DNA of 62,425 bases, counting the filler, from Basidioascus undulatus (Eukaryota): assembly GCA_000826855.1 (NCBI GenBank). It is 6 parts of 6 records of this genome, joined end to end, with 100 filler letters (N's around TTAATTAATTAA, not from the genome) between each part and the next. Parts side by side here need not be neighbours in the genome. Positions count along the whole stretch, not along the records: positions 1 to 6,911 come from JTLS01001655.1; positions 7,012 to 13,921 come from JTLS01001656.1; 4 more parts are not named here. The stretch is one strand, 5' to 3'. The position numbers and the translations under genes are program-made. The notes below the pieces were generated by a model. The model was not told the DNA's origin. It did not search any database and worked only from the letters and a program-made list of their open reading frames with translations. Below are positions 1-11,457 of the stretch, piece after piece. Every line of letters begins with the position of its first letter. Position 1 is the first letter of the stretch.

Positions 1-2
1 CC

Positions 3-431
3 CCTCCCTTCTTCCCCTGTCCCTCATCCGGTCTTGTTCTCACCTACCCTATTGTCCTCCTTGCCTCCCTCTTCCCCCCGCCCTCCTCCGCCGGCGCCCA
101 AGTCCTCCGCATCCTCGGGCTTGACCCGCTGAACCCCCTCCCCGACGCGTGCGCGTACCTCCAGCACCCGCAGTCCCACTCTCCTCCCGGATCCGCATCC
201 CCTTCCGCATCAGACGCGGATCTCGAGCCTCTCGGCGCCCGCGTACTGCGTCTGCTAGGGCTCGACCCGTCCTGGCCTGTCGTCGCACCCGACCCGCCAT
301 CGCACGTCAATCCCTCCACACTCACCCACTCCTCCTCTCCTCCGCCTTCCTCCTCGCCCGACCCGGACCCAGCGCTCGACCTGCTCCTCCTCTGCTTCAA
401 ACGCCTAAAAACTCATGGGGTCCAATATTGA
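3..431 (+). CDS. 3' part of an unidentified Pro/Ser-rich protein (5' end outside the contig)
   Basis: Frame open from position 3 to TGA at 429-431. Contains an internal repeat, GAQVLRILGLDP (93-128) and GARVLRLLGLDP (234-269). No family recognised. Confidence 0.4.
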   Translation, partial: PPFFPCPSSGLVLTYPIVLLASLFPPPSSAGAQVLRILGLDPLNPLPDACAYLQHPQSHSPPGSASPSASDADLEPLGARVLRLLGLDPSWPVVAPDPPSHVNPSTLTHSSSPPPSSSPDPDPALDLLLLCFKRLKTHGVQY

Positions 432-1356
432 CCATCATCTCTGTCAACCCCAGCTGAAACAGAATGTGGTTGCCGGGTGTAGGGTGCATGGTCCAGGGGT
501 GCGAGTGGGTGGCAAGAGTGATGGAGATGGACCGAGGATGATGAGGAGGGATGGGCCCCTTTGGCGTGGGAAACACCAAAGGGGTTCGATAAGATGGATC
601 TTATTTCGTCGCCTGGGCACCGGACCATCTGTTCGCTTAGACTAGCGTGCAGGAGCGCTGAGAAGTGCGAGGCGAGTCGGGCGAGAGGATGGAGATGATG
701 ATAGACGAAGGACGGGCCAAACTAGCAGGACGGAAGACTCTGAAACTGATCTATAAAATTTCAAGTGCATTAGATTTCGACCTCTTGGGTAGAATCACAA
801 CAGTTCCGGAAGGAACGACAATTTCGTTTTTCAACCATTCAGTAGGGAGGTATCTAGTGGTCGGTGACGTGCCTGTTGCCTGAAGACAGAGATATTCAGA
901 CTGTACATGCATTTTATACCGTCCTGAAACACAATTCAGCTATGAAAAAAAATCTCCACTGGTTCAGTGCACAAGAGGTATTGTCCGAATGCTGCAACAG
1001 TGTTTCATGGAGACTGTCAAACTGTCGACACGACGCCAGGACTATGAGGCGCTGTGTTCGTGACTGCGACGGGCGTCACAGCCTCGCTGCTCTTGCTCTT
1101 TCACCATCACCTTTCCACTGTTAATACAGCCACACCCATCTTCTGCTTCCAAGACCAACCCTCGTCACTCGTTTTTGAACCGCTTTCGCTGTAACGCGAC
1201 ATCATTCGTCTTGATCTCACCCCAGCCTTCTTAACATTCCCTTTCGACACGTACCAACAATGAAGCTCAAGTTGTTGCGCGTGCAAGGTTGATCCCAGCC
1301 TTCCAGCTGCTGTCCTCGTGGTTGAGAAGGCAAGAAAGTACAATTGCGACAGTACG

Positions 1357-2115
1357 TCAGATTTCGAGCTGTGTCAAGCGCGACGTCAAAGTCTACGAAG
1401 CATGCGCAGAGGGGCCAATGCGCACCTTTTCTCTCATATCTCGAAAGAACGGTGGAAAGTTCGAAAGCACGCACGCGCTCCAAAAACCCCTCCGCCACGC
1501 CTCCCTCGCCCAGCACCTGTGCACGCTCAAAGTACGTCCGCACGTCGCGGAGGAGCGTCTCGCTCCCTTGGCTGTGGCTGTGGCTCTGACTCTGTGTGGA
1601 GGAAGGGGTAGACGTGGCGAGGTAGAGGGAGAGCAGGCCGGCGTAGACTTGGAGCGTCGGCGAGTCGGAGTAGGGGAGGGAGGCGAGATAGCTGCGGGTT
1701 GAGAGGTTGGGAGGAGAGAGGAGGAGAGGAAGGGCGGGGAAATTGGAAGAAGAGAAAGTGACATACAGCTCGAGTTCGTCGAGGGCTTCGCGGTATTGAT
1801 GTTGCGCGATCAGGCCGAGCACTAGTTGGCGCAGAATCGGGACGCTCTGCATTGAGTATCCTCGCATCAGAACCCAAATGCACGTGAAAAGAGAGCCGAA
1901 ACCCAGAGAAAGAAGACGTAGGCCCTCAGTATATAACCAGCTCCACCCTCATCCGCCAAAGGACCCTCCAGTCCACCTCGGGCGCGCGCGGGGGAGGTCG
2001 CGGCGGAGGAGGCTGAGGTGGAGGAGGTCGTTGAGGCGGCGAATATGCGCCTTACGGGAAGAGAAGCCCGGGAGGAGGGCGCTATGTGTGTATGTTGGGA
2101 CGTTGAGGAGGGCAT
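1357..2115 (-). pseudogene. Rrn11/TAF1A-like RNA polymerase I core-factor subunit, disrupted in its 5' part
   Basis: Spliced pieces RKAHIRRLNDLLHLSLLRRDLPRAR, PEVDWRVLWRM and SVPILRQLVLGLIAQHQYREALDELEL|YLASLPYSDSPTLQVYAGLLSLYLA resemble fungal Rrn11-like proteins (recalled motifs). The first blocks lie in different frames, and the segment expected between RAR and PEVDW is absent. Confidence 0.55.
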
Positions 2116-3554
2116 CGTGGGGGAGGGTGAATGAGCGCTTCGTCGAGAGCGTCTTTCGCCCATCCCGCTCTTCCTGCTTCCTGCCTTCCTCCTTTGACCT
2201 TTCTCTTCCTCTTCCGCCTCTCCTATTCTCTCCTTTGTCCTTGTCCTTCTTCTTTTGTGGGTACTGGAAAAGGGAAGGGGGAACTGATGAGGCATGCTGG
2301 GCTGTGGGAACGCGACTCTTTGTCCCAATGCCGACAGTCCCACTCTTCCAACTCCTCACCGTGCAGTCACGCCGCTCCGCTTTGGGGGCGTTCGTCAGAG
2401 ATGATGGGCATGGCTGCAGCGGCTTCCACAGTTGGACTATGTTGCGCTGGGGAAGTGATGGACTTGCATGGTTCCTGGATGTGTTCATAGCTTTCCACTG
2501 GCTTCCCATTAGGGCTCTCTCCCTGGTACGTCATGGCATGTTATCAAGGAGGCACTATTAGAGTCCTTCCAAACCATGCCGCGGCGCCGTCGGTTATCGG
2601 CTAGTCACAATCTATGTTGATGTTCTCGTCTAGTACGATGCCAACGACAAGGGACGCTTGCACGCAGTTTGAATAGACTGCATCATTCCCAATCTCCCGC
2701 TGCGTTCTTCATGCTGCGCTCCTCCTGCTGTCACGCCTTCCCCACCCAAGCACTCACCGTCACTGCGTCCTTCCCCGGCCTGACCGAATAAAGCGAAATG
2801 TCCCCAAAGAGGTGCCCAACTCTCCTTCGGAAACAGCTCGGCGTTCTTAGGGTTATGTGGCACGCGAAGCTAGCCGATACTTCCACTCGGCCTCGCTCAA
2901 TGGCTGTTGCATTCTGTCGGCGGGGTTGCATGGCCAAATCTCTGTCAGTCAGACACGAGAGAAAGGGAAACCACTCACGTCTTGCCGACTTCCTCGAAAA
3001 AGTCGTTGATCCTCACCCCTTTGGGACGGCAAGTAACAGTGAGGTATGGCAGCAGGCTTGGCAGGCACCGCACATCCATTTTGCTGACTGCAGGGTGCAG
3101 AAGGAGCTCCTTTCCTTCCGCCCTGTTGGCGATGGTGATCAGCCATTCGTCATCCGACGCGTCGAGGTCCTCCCTGAAGGAAGCGCTGGAAGCGCTTCCA
3201 TATAGAAGCACACAAGTCTCCCTCTCCCACACAATCGCACAGCACATAAATCATGTATTAATTTGTATCACATATACGTGTCTCTCGTACCGCAAAGAAA
3301 TACAAATACAATCAAGGCGAGCTGGTACAAGGAACGGAGCGTAACGTAACCTAGCGGAACGGAACGACGGGTGGGACGATGCAATGTTTAGTATGTGTGT
3401 TTGCGATGAAGCTAGCTAGGGGCGTGAGCGTGAGAAGCAAAAGAGCATGGGTCTTTGCTGATAAGACAGAGAGAATTGAAAAGCAAGGCAAGGCAAGGTG
3501 AACTCCGACCGGATAACCAAGATGAGAAGCGGAAGCGAAGCAAATGAGCAAGCA

Positions 3555-3580
3555 AGAACGAGAACGAGAACGAGAACGAG
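3555..3580. repeat. (AGAACG)4 microsatellite
   Basis: Directly visible tandem hexamer downstream of Med19. Confidence 0.85.
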
Positions 3581-3679
3581 AGTCCCACCCCACCCACCGA
3601 CGGCCCAGTGAAGAGGAGAAGTACGCGAGCGAGCGGACTATCCCGTCTCGCCTTCCTACTCAAAAGTCCTCCTCCTCCT

Positions 3680-3845
3680 CATCCTTCTCTACTTCCGCTC
3701 CTAACTGAGGGCTGAAGGACAACGCACTTTTCGTCTGCTCTTCCGCTCCTCCTCGTCGTCCCCGCCTATGAACACGCCAGGGTCGAACTGCGCGCGGGGT
3801 GGGCGTCCGTCAGCCCTCAGTTAGGAGCGGAAGTAGAGAAGGATG
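3680..3845. repeat. Inverted repeat with arms 3680-3720 and 3805-3845 in two Med19 introns
   Basis: CATCCTTCTCTACTTCCGCTCCTAACTGAGGGCTGA (3680-3715) is the exact reverse complement of 3810-3845. The match extends to 41 nt with one mismatch. Confidence 0.95.
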
Positions 3846-4359
3846 GGGGAGGAGGGGAGAAGAGGGTGGAGAATCGGGGCGGGGTTTGGGAGGCGGAGAG
3901 GGCGCAGAGGGGAAGGGGAAGAAGAGAAGGCGGCGCACCCCGACTATGGGACCCGGCGGCAGCGAGCCAAAGCTCTCTCTGAGCGTGGCAGGGTCGAAGG
4001 GCGCGATAGGCGGGTGCGACAGCTCAGGCGCGAAGAGGAGGTCGTTGAGGAAGGTGTCCTTTTTGATGGAGTTGCGTCCTGTCATCCCGTTCCCCGGCCC
4101 CTCATCAGGCTCAGCATCCCCCTCCCGCAGGACGAGGAGGGACCGACGCACCGGGCACGTCGCTGATAAACCCCTTGTAGCTCGTATCCATCTTGGCCCT
4201 CTTCTCCTTGGGCTTGTTTCCCCCCTCCTCGGCCGGAGCATCTGTCCCGCCTTCGGGCGGAGGAGGAAGCTTGGGTGGCTTGATGTACGGGCGGACGTAG
4301 CGGTCGTACGCGGGGAGGAGGTCGAAGCGTGCGAGGAGGTCGTGGGCGCCTGTAAGCGG
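3728..4359 (-). CDS. MED19: Mediator subunit Med19/Rox3 (no own start codon visible; 3' end uncertain)
   Basis: Exons 4359-4152, 4078-3939 and 3787-3728 give [24 protein letters not shown]...[29 protein letters not shown]...[14 protein letters not shown]...FDPGVF, matching the basidiomycete Med19 pattern. Introns are GT-AG. Confidence 0.8.
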
Positions 4360-4532
4360 CTGTGTTGGGGCGGGGGGTGCTGGTGCAGGGAGGGGGTGAG
4401 GGGGGGGGGGGAAGGGTGGGGGAGAAGGATGGGGCGAGAAGGATGGGGGAGAAGGATGGGGCGAGAGGAAGATGGAGACCGGAGAAAGAGGGACTGTGGA
4501 GATGGGAAGGGAAACAGGGATACCGCACGCAC

Positions 4533-5360
4533 ATCCAGCACCCGATCGCTGCCATCCTCGTTCCAAGCAGGGTTGAGGTGCCCCACGCGGGAGGACAAGT
4601 CCGTCCTTGAGCGGTACGCGGGCGCGGGGAGCCCCAGCGACGCGGGGTAGAGCGACACGCCGTTATCGATCGCGTCGAGCGCCTCGATAAACTCCTTGTA
4701 CACCTTGAGCCAGACCTGCTCCACGCGCGGGTCGGCGAGGTCCCACCCCAGGCGGGAGGCGATGATCTGTTGGCCGTAATGTCTGGGAGGTGTCCAAGGA
4801 TTTTAGTAGGTCGCAAGGCGAAGAGGTCGGTGGGTGGGAGAAGGAGAGACGGAGGGAGGCGGGGGAAGGGAGGGACCCACTTGTAAACCAGCCCAGCAGA
4901 CGACAGCTTGGTGTTGAAACCGTGCCCGAAGACCTCGGCAAAGCCGCGGTAGTGGTGGTCGTACCGCTTCTTGGCGTGGTCGTACACGTCGCCGACGTCG
5001 ACGACGATCGTCTGCTCGTCCAGCGTGGGGAGGTGGCGCGTGCGGACGACGGCTAAACCCCCCAAGAAGAGTGTAAGTTTGGAAAGGAGGAAGAAGGCAT
5101 TTCTGTGGGGAGGGAATGGGGACCCACGAGCGTCCTTGTACTCGGGCAGGAGGCGGAGGAGGAAGACTGCGAGGGCCTCGTCGGCGTGGAACGTGCCCGA
5201 GTGAGTGCCGATTGAGGTCTACGGCCATGATCCAACGTCAGGATCCCTTCCCACATTCTCAACCCAAACAGCGGGGAGGAGGGCAGACGACCTTAACCTG
5301 GTCGTCGTCGAGCTTCACCTTTTTCGAGGCAGGCTCAACGGCGGCGGCGGAGGCGGACAT
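4533..5360 (-). CDS. MYG1: MYG1 exonuclease family protein, N-terminal part only
   Basis: [69 protein letters not shown] and [16 protein letters not shown] are MYG1 hallmark motifs. After the donor at 4532 the sequence continues as Med19. Confidence 0.9.
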
Positions 5361-5656
5361 GGCGGTGTAGTATCGGGGAAATATAGGGGTATGCGTGGAG
5401 CGAATAGGAAGAACAAAAGCTGCTGCTGGACGTGCGAATGTGCGTAGGACGGGACGCAGCATCCAACTGTGAGAGCAAGCGAGTGGGTTTGTGGGAACTG
5501 GGCAAGGGAGTCCGCCCAATATCCTGGTCGCCGCAATGAAGTCACTTGGGCCGATAAGGGCCCTTGCTGAGTCAGCGCTTCTGACTCCTTGCCCGCTCGC
5601 ACGTTGTGTCTTCTCCCTTCGCTGCCCCTTCCTCCGCACCACTGCACAACCTCACC

Positions 5657-6911
5657 ATGGCTTCCCCCCGCACGCCCGAGACGTTTAAGCCCCTACTCAA
5701 GAAATTCGCGCTCTCCCCCTCCTCCATTACCCCCGCACAAGTGAAGCTCGCGTTCGAACACGTCGCGCGCGGCGCGGAGGGCGCGACGCCCGCGCAGGTG
5801 GGCGCGTTCCTTGCGTGTCTCCGCCTCAATGGACTGGATGACAAGGCGGAGGTCATTGCTGGTGCGGCGGCCGTGCTGCGGGAGCATGCGGTGCGGCTGC
5901 CAGAGGTCGAGGGGATGCAGGGCGTCGCGGATATCGTTGGCACGGGGGGAGATGGGCTCGACACGTTCAATGTCTCGACCAGCGCGGCGATCGTCGCTGC
6001 TGGAGCCGGGGCCATAGTGGCGAAGGTACGTTCTCCCTTCCCGAAACTAAGCAAGAGAAAGTGTCTAATGCGTCTCCCCCACAGCACGGTTCCCGCTCCT
6101 CCACCTCCGCCTCCGGGTCCGCCGACCTGCTCACCTCCCTCTCCTGCTCCCTCACGCTCCCTCCCTCGCTCATCCCCTCCATCCTGAGCTCCTCCTCCTT
6201 CGCCTTCCTCTTCGCGCCGAACTACCACCCTGCGCTGGCGCACGTCGCGCCGCTGAGGAAGGAGCTCGCGTTTCCGACGATCTTCAACGTCCTCGGCCCG
6301 CTCATCAGCCCCGCCCGGCCGGAGAACATGGTTGTGGGGGTGGCGAGGAAGGAACTCGCGCCTGTTTTCGTGGAGGCGCTGAGGATGCTCGGCGTGAAGA
6401 GGGCGCTCGTTGTGAGGGGTAGGGAGGGGATGGACGAGATTAGTCCGGAGCAGGAGACGGATGTGTGTTCCTTCCCGGCCCTTCTGTCTTCCATGCCCGC
6501 CTTCTCTCCCGTACTCACACGCCGCCCACGCAGGTCTGGGAGTTGAACAATTCCCACATAACCACCTACTCCCTCTCCCCCGCATCCTTCGGTCTTCCCC
6601 CGCACCCTCTCTCCCGCGTCAGCTCCGGCACCCCGCAACAAAACGCTACTCTCCTCCTCTCCCTCCTCTCCAACACCCCCGCAAAGCCAAAGGACCTGGC
6701 CCCCGGCGTGGACCCAGACGCAGTGCGCGACTGGGTCCTCATGAACGCGAGCGCGGTGCTCGTTGTCGCTGGGAAGGCAAAGGACTGGAAGGAGGGCGTG
6801 GAGCTGGCGAGGAGGAGTCTGGAGAGGGGCGCGGCAGGGAGGGCGCTGGAGGGGTTTAGGAAGGTGGGGGAGGAGGAGCTGAGAGGAAGGAAAGCCATGG
6901 CGAGCGAGAAG
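5657..6911 (+). CDS. TRP4: Anthranilate phosphoribosyltransferase (runs into the contig end)
   Basis: DIVGTGGDGLDTFNVST, VAK|HGSRSSTSASGSADLL, FLFAPNYHPALAHVAPLRKELAFPTIFNVLGPL and GREGMDEISP. Two GT-AG introns. Divergent from MYG1. Confidence 0.95.
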
Positions 6912-7011
6912 NNNNNNNNNNNNNNNNNNNNNNNNNNNNNNNNNNNNNNNNNNNNTTAATTAATTAANNNNNNNNNNNNNNNNNNNNNNNNNNNNNNNNN
7001 NNNNNNNNNNN
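6912..7011. other. Artificial contig linker
   Basis: N44-TTAATTAATTAA-N44, with stops in all six frames. Confidence 0.98.
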
Positions 7012-8914
7012 AAAAGCGCGCACCTCCGACGTAGAAGATAGCGACAGCGCCACCGGCAGCACCAATCATGAGGATCATCCGACGACCGAGGTTGTCGATC
7101 ATCCTGCGCATGGAGAGGGCGTCAGCCTGCAGCCGGATGAAGTTTCCCGAAGGACTCTACTCACCATCCGAGCCAAACGAAGGCCATAACAGTCTTGATG
7201 ACACCGAAAATACCAGTGGAAAGAAGTCCGACGTTGGTGCCCGTGATGCCCATGCTACGGTTGTTGAACGTCAGGTACCTATACTGTGCTCAGAACCGCC
7301 GGTATAACTTACGACTGGAAGACGCGCGGCGAGTAGTAGTTGATGGCGTTCTACGGTTGTAGAACGTAAGAGACCTGTGCTGTTCTGTGAAAATACTGAA
7401 GAGCTCACAATACCGGTGCCGTTCTGGAAGAGGAACATGGAGCCGCCGAGGAGGACACGCTTGAGAATGCGCTTGGTGCCGAACACGAGCTTGAACGGGA
7501 CCCAGAACCCAGTGCCGTGGGCCTGCTCGTGGGCGATTTGGGCGTCCTAAGAGAAAGGAACGACGATGAGCGGCGGGCCGGAATCGAGGCTAGTCGGCAG
7601 TCGCTTACGATCATCGCAATCTCCTCAATCATGTACTGGTCAGTCGGCTGGAGCTTGCGGATCCACTGTAGGTAGGGTTTCGAATTGGACTCCGCGTCAT
7701 GAGATCAGATTGAACGATGCTCGACGCACGCAAAGGTTGCTGAGAGCCTCCTCGCGGCGACCCTTGCTCAGAAGCCAACGCGGCGATTCCTTAATGTAGA
7801 AGGAGCCTCTATAGGGAAACAGCCACTCGGTCAGCATTTTATGGAACTGCTGGAGGAGAGAGTTGCTTACGCGGCAAGCATGCCTCCGGGAATGAGCTGG
7901 ACGGCTGTGAGGGGTACACGAGCGTTAGGCGCATTGTGCAAGGCGGGAGCGCAAGTCACACGCACCGAAAGGAATGAGCCACTGCCTGTGGCTGGGCTCC
8001 ATCGTGGTGTTGACGCCGTAGTTGATCCAGAACCCGACAAGACCACCGAACTGCCAGCCGAGCTCGTAGAGACCGACGAGCTGTAGGACAACAGCTGAAT
8101 TGAGCTGGGCCTGCGAAGAGTCCAAGCGTCGAAGGCGTACCTGACCACGGATCGCAGGCGGGGAAATCTCAGAAATGAGAATGGGGGTAAGGTTGGAGGC
8201 GGCGCCGATAGCAAGGCCAGCAATGACACGGCCACCCTGTGCAGTAGGCGAACGTCAGTCTTCAGCAGATCTAGTCATCAGCGACGAGCGGCACTCACGT
8301 AGATGAGACCCAGGCCACGGTCGCCGTTGGCGCCAAGCATCATGCCGGCGCCAACAGTGAAGAGCATGGAAGACGCCAAAAGACCCCACTTGCGGCCAAG
8401 CTGCTGACCGACAACGTAGCCGAGGAGAGCACCGAAGAAGCAGCCTGTGCCAACGGATCAAAACTTCCTTCGTATGCTGCCTCAGGTGAACACAAACATA
8501 CCAGCTTGATAGCAACTGACGATGTTGGCTGAAATAAGGTCGGTCTCCGATTTGGTCATGGACCCGAAGTCGAACTCCTTCTTGAAAGAGCCGAGTGCGA
8601 GAGTGCCACCGATGAAGGCCCTGTCCCGATCGAGGATGAGCGAGCCGCACGAAAGCGATTGCTTTGGGGCCACTTACGAGTCATAACCAATCATGACCGC
8701 AGCAATCGAGGCAACGCTGGCGATGAGGTCTAAAAAGCCAGGGACACAATCAACAGCTGTCCAGCCAAGTGGCACAGCAGACACTCACAAAGGCGGACGT
8801 TGTAGACACATCTCGGCGTCGGCCGGTCTTCAATCTGATACCGGGTCCTAAGTCAGCATGTTCAAACTTGATGTGAGCGTGTGCGACAGCAAGCCTCACC
8901 TTCTTCAGCGTCAT
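7012..8914 (-). CDS. qutD: Quinate permease-like MFS sugar porter, N-terminal two-thirds (runs off the contig start)
   Basis: MTLKK|IEDRPTPRCVYN, MIGYDS|AFIGGTLAL, NIVSCYQAG, SEISPPAIRG|QLVGLYELGWQFGGLVGFWINYGV, ESPRWL, FQNGTGI|NAINYYSPRVF and IDNLGRR match the QutD/Qa-Y pattern. More than 10 short GT-AG introns. Confidence 0.9.
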
Positions 8915-11457
8915 TCTGTCGCAAAGAGGAGAGGCCACGAGGTTGGAGGTTTGAGAGCAGGGGAGTCGAGTGCGAGGTTGGCGGGACTTGATGAGGGAGT
9001 GGGCGGTGAGCGAGTGCGGCGCAGATGCGAGGACGCGGAGGGCAAAGAGAGGGACGAGGAAAGAAATCGTGTTGGATGCACAAGTCTTTATACCACCTTC
9101 CGGATCATCTTGAGGCAGCTGGAGGAGTTCTCCTTTGCGGAGGTCGAGCAAAACGCCTCGTCTGGGGTAACGGCGTCTCGAGCGTTCTCGGCGTCCAGCC
9201 ACAACTGTAAGGAACAAGCTCATCGGCACGTGTTCCCCGCACTGCAGAAGGTCCCGCGCTAGTCCAGATACTTAAAAAGTCCGGGGACCCGGGGAAAAGA
9301 ACCTGGCACACAAGCTGGGGCGCCGCAGGATCATCTCTATTCCCCGCGGGGCAAGGTGGGGACTGTCAGTCCATTGTCGCCGCCGACTGGCTGCTTGTCG
9401 ATCAACAGACTGCAGACATCAACCTCCTGAAGACCAGAGCGCATGGCGGTCAGCAGTTCAGACACGGTCAGGAAATCGATATTTTGGCTGGTTCGGTTCC
9501 GCAACGTCAATGCCAAAGGTACAAGGAGCACGGGATAAAGGAGCACGGGATAAAGCTCTTCAACGCGCGGCCATCGGCCCATTGCATCGAGGGATCGGCC
9601 ATCGCATTCGAATTTCCGATGCTGTCTTATCGTCCCTGACTCTCGAAACTTTGCCAGGTTTTTCAAGAGGAAAATTTGCCCCTGAATACAAATGTGTCGA
9701 GGATATGTACCCGCTGGATAAATCCCAGAGAACACCTGGTGGATGGAGGTTCTGGTGGCCGAAGACAAGGCGACGCTCTACGAAGTCACCAGAACTGGCC
9801 TGCCAGATTGGAACTCGACCTCACTATGAAATGTGTGTTTGCAAAGAATCTATACAGCGCTAATGCAGCTCTAACAGCGATGCGAGTCTCCGCCGTAGCC
9901 TGCTCAAGAGCGAGGTTCGCGCGCGGGGGCGTGTAACACGCAAGAGTCTGGGAATATGAACAAAACAAGATGGGCAATGCCACTGCCACATCCTCCGTCG
10001 TAGCCACGGCCGCTACCACGGCTACCGCCCCCGCCGAAGGACGCTGGGGATGCGACATGTCAACGCTCTAAGGTGGATAGACAAAGACAGGCACGCTGAA
10101 CATGCCCGTCTGCTCCAGCTCAGGCCGAATTACCTGATTCTCCTCGCTTAAGGTCTTGACGAGGTTGCGCATAATCTGGAAGTTGCCGTTGGTGAAGACA
10201 GTGTACCTGGAGCAAGGTTGGGACGTGTCAGAGTCGAAGGTCCAAGAAGGCCCCGATTAACGTTGGGGGCACCTGTATGATACCATAGTGAGCGGAGCAA
10301 GTGGAGCAGGGACATACGGCAGCAATGCAGGATAAGAGAGCTCCCGCTCTTGAAGTCGCCCAGCACAGTACGTTCGCGGTCCTGCTGGAGAGCGGGACAG
10401 CCGTGCTGCCGGAGGTACTTGCAGAGGTCGTCCGCGGTACGCTCCCCCCCCCCCCGCGACCTGGGATCATCAATGGCCTCAAAACACAGAACATTACCTT
10501 CAAGAGACACCCAGGGGCAAGCAGGAGGAATAAAAAGAGGCCGACGGCCCATGGACAGTCCGCCCGTGCCGCAATGCACGCTCGACTCGAGCGAAGAAAG
10601 CGGCCTGATGTGAGGGAGTAGGCACGGAGCAAGCACAGGCTCCAAGCCGAGGGATATCTCTGCTTCTACGTTCCCTTTGGATCTGCGCTTCAAACCACTC
10701 CCAAAGTCCAACACGCGTCGTCCAGGACAAGTAGACCCGTCTTGCATCGTTGGGGACAGCCAGGTGTCGTCTGAACTCCCTCTGGCTTTAAATGAAAAGC
10801 TTGTACTAGTTATACAGTATATCCGGCTTAAATGAAAATCGCAAGGCGTCGATCTCCTCTCACTGTTACACTCACCGCAGCGCATCCCGCAAGACAGCTT
10901 GAATGCGCCCACGTTTGGAACACTCAGTTAGCTTCATCAATCATAGCACAATTGGCGGGTCCTAAAATCTCGGTGATTCACATTGCTTATGATAAAATTA
11001 CGTTGTTGCTCATTGACAGACGTTCACCATCCACCCCCCACGAGACTGTCACGATGCTGCAGTTTCACGCCCGAAGACGAAAAGTGAAGTATCGTGGGCA
11101 ACACCTCAACTTTGGGAGAGGTTTCAAAGAAATTCCGTAGAGATAGTTGTACTTCATGTGCATTTACCGAACATATAAGTCAGACTAGGACGTGGACGTG
11201 TGGGACTATCTGCGACAACGCTGGACCTGGAGATGCACATCGAGCCTATCTCTGTGTATCAAACCTCAACTATGATTCTTTCAGAAGTGGAAGTGATAAA
11301 TTTATCTGTATATATCCTGCCTCCGATGCCCAATGTACGACTCAAGCGATAATTTGCCGACAGACAAACAAGGTCGAAACCGGGAGTTGCCTGGAGCTCA
11401 ACCGCGTCGGCGCCCAAGCTCGCGACGTTCAACAACACTCATCCGCATCCTCCATTT

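Noticed and set aside
2730..3200. Minus-strand fragments (TVTCRPKGVRINDFFEEV, LSEAEWKY) faintly like DUF6699-type basidiomycete proteins
   Set aside because: Fragmented by a stop and frame changes; the similarity is too weak to call without an HMM search.
6956..6967. TTAATTAATTAA as a biological palindrome or piggyBac-like site
   Set aside because: It is identical and centred in every 100-nt N gap, so it is a synthetic linker.
9337..10912. ORFs inside the quinate-permease inverted segment as a possible recombinase or cargo
   Set aside because: No recognisable recombinase or other motifs. A 15-nt tandem duplication at 9523-9552 suggests neutral decay.
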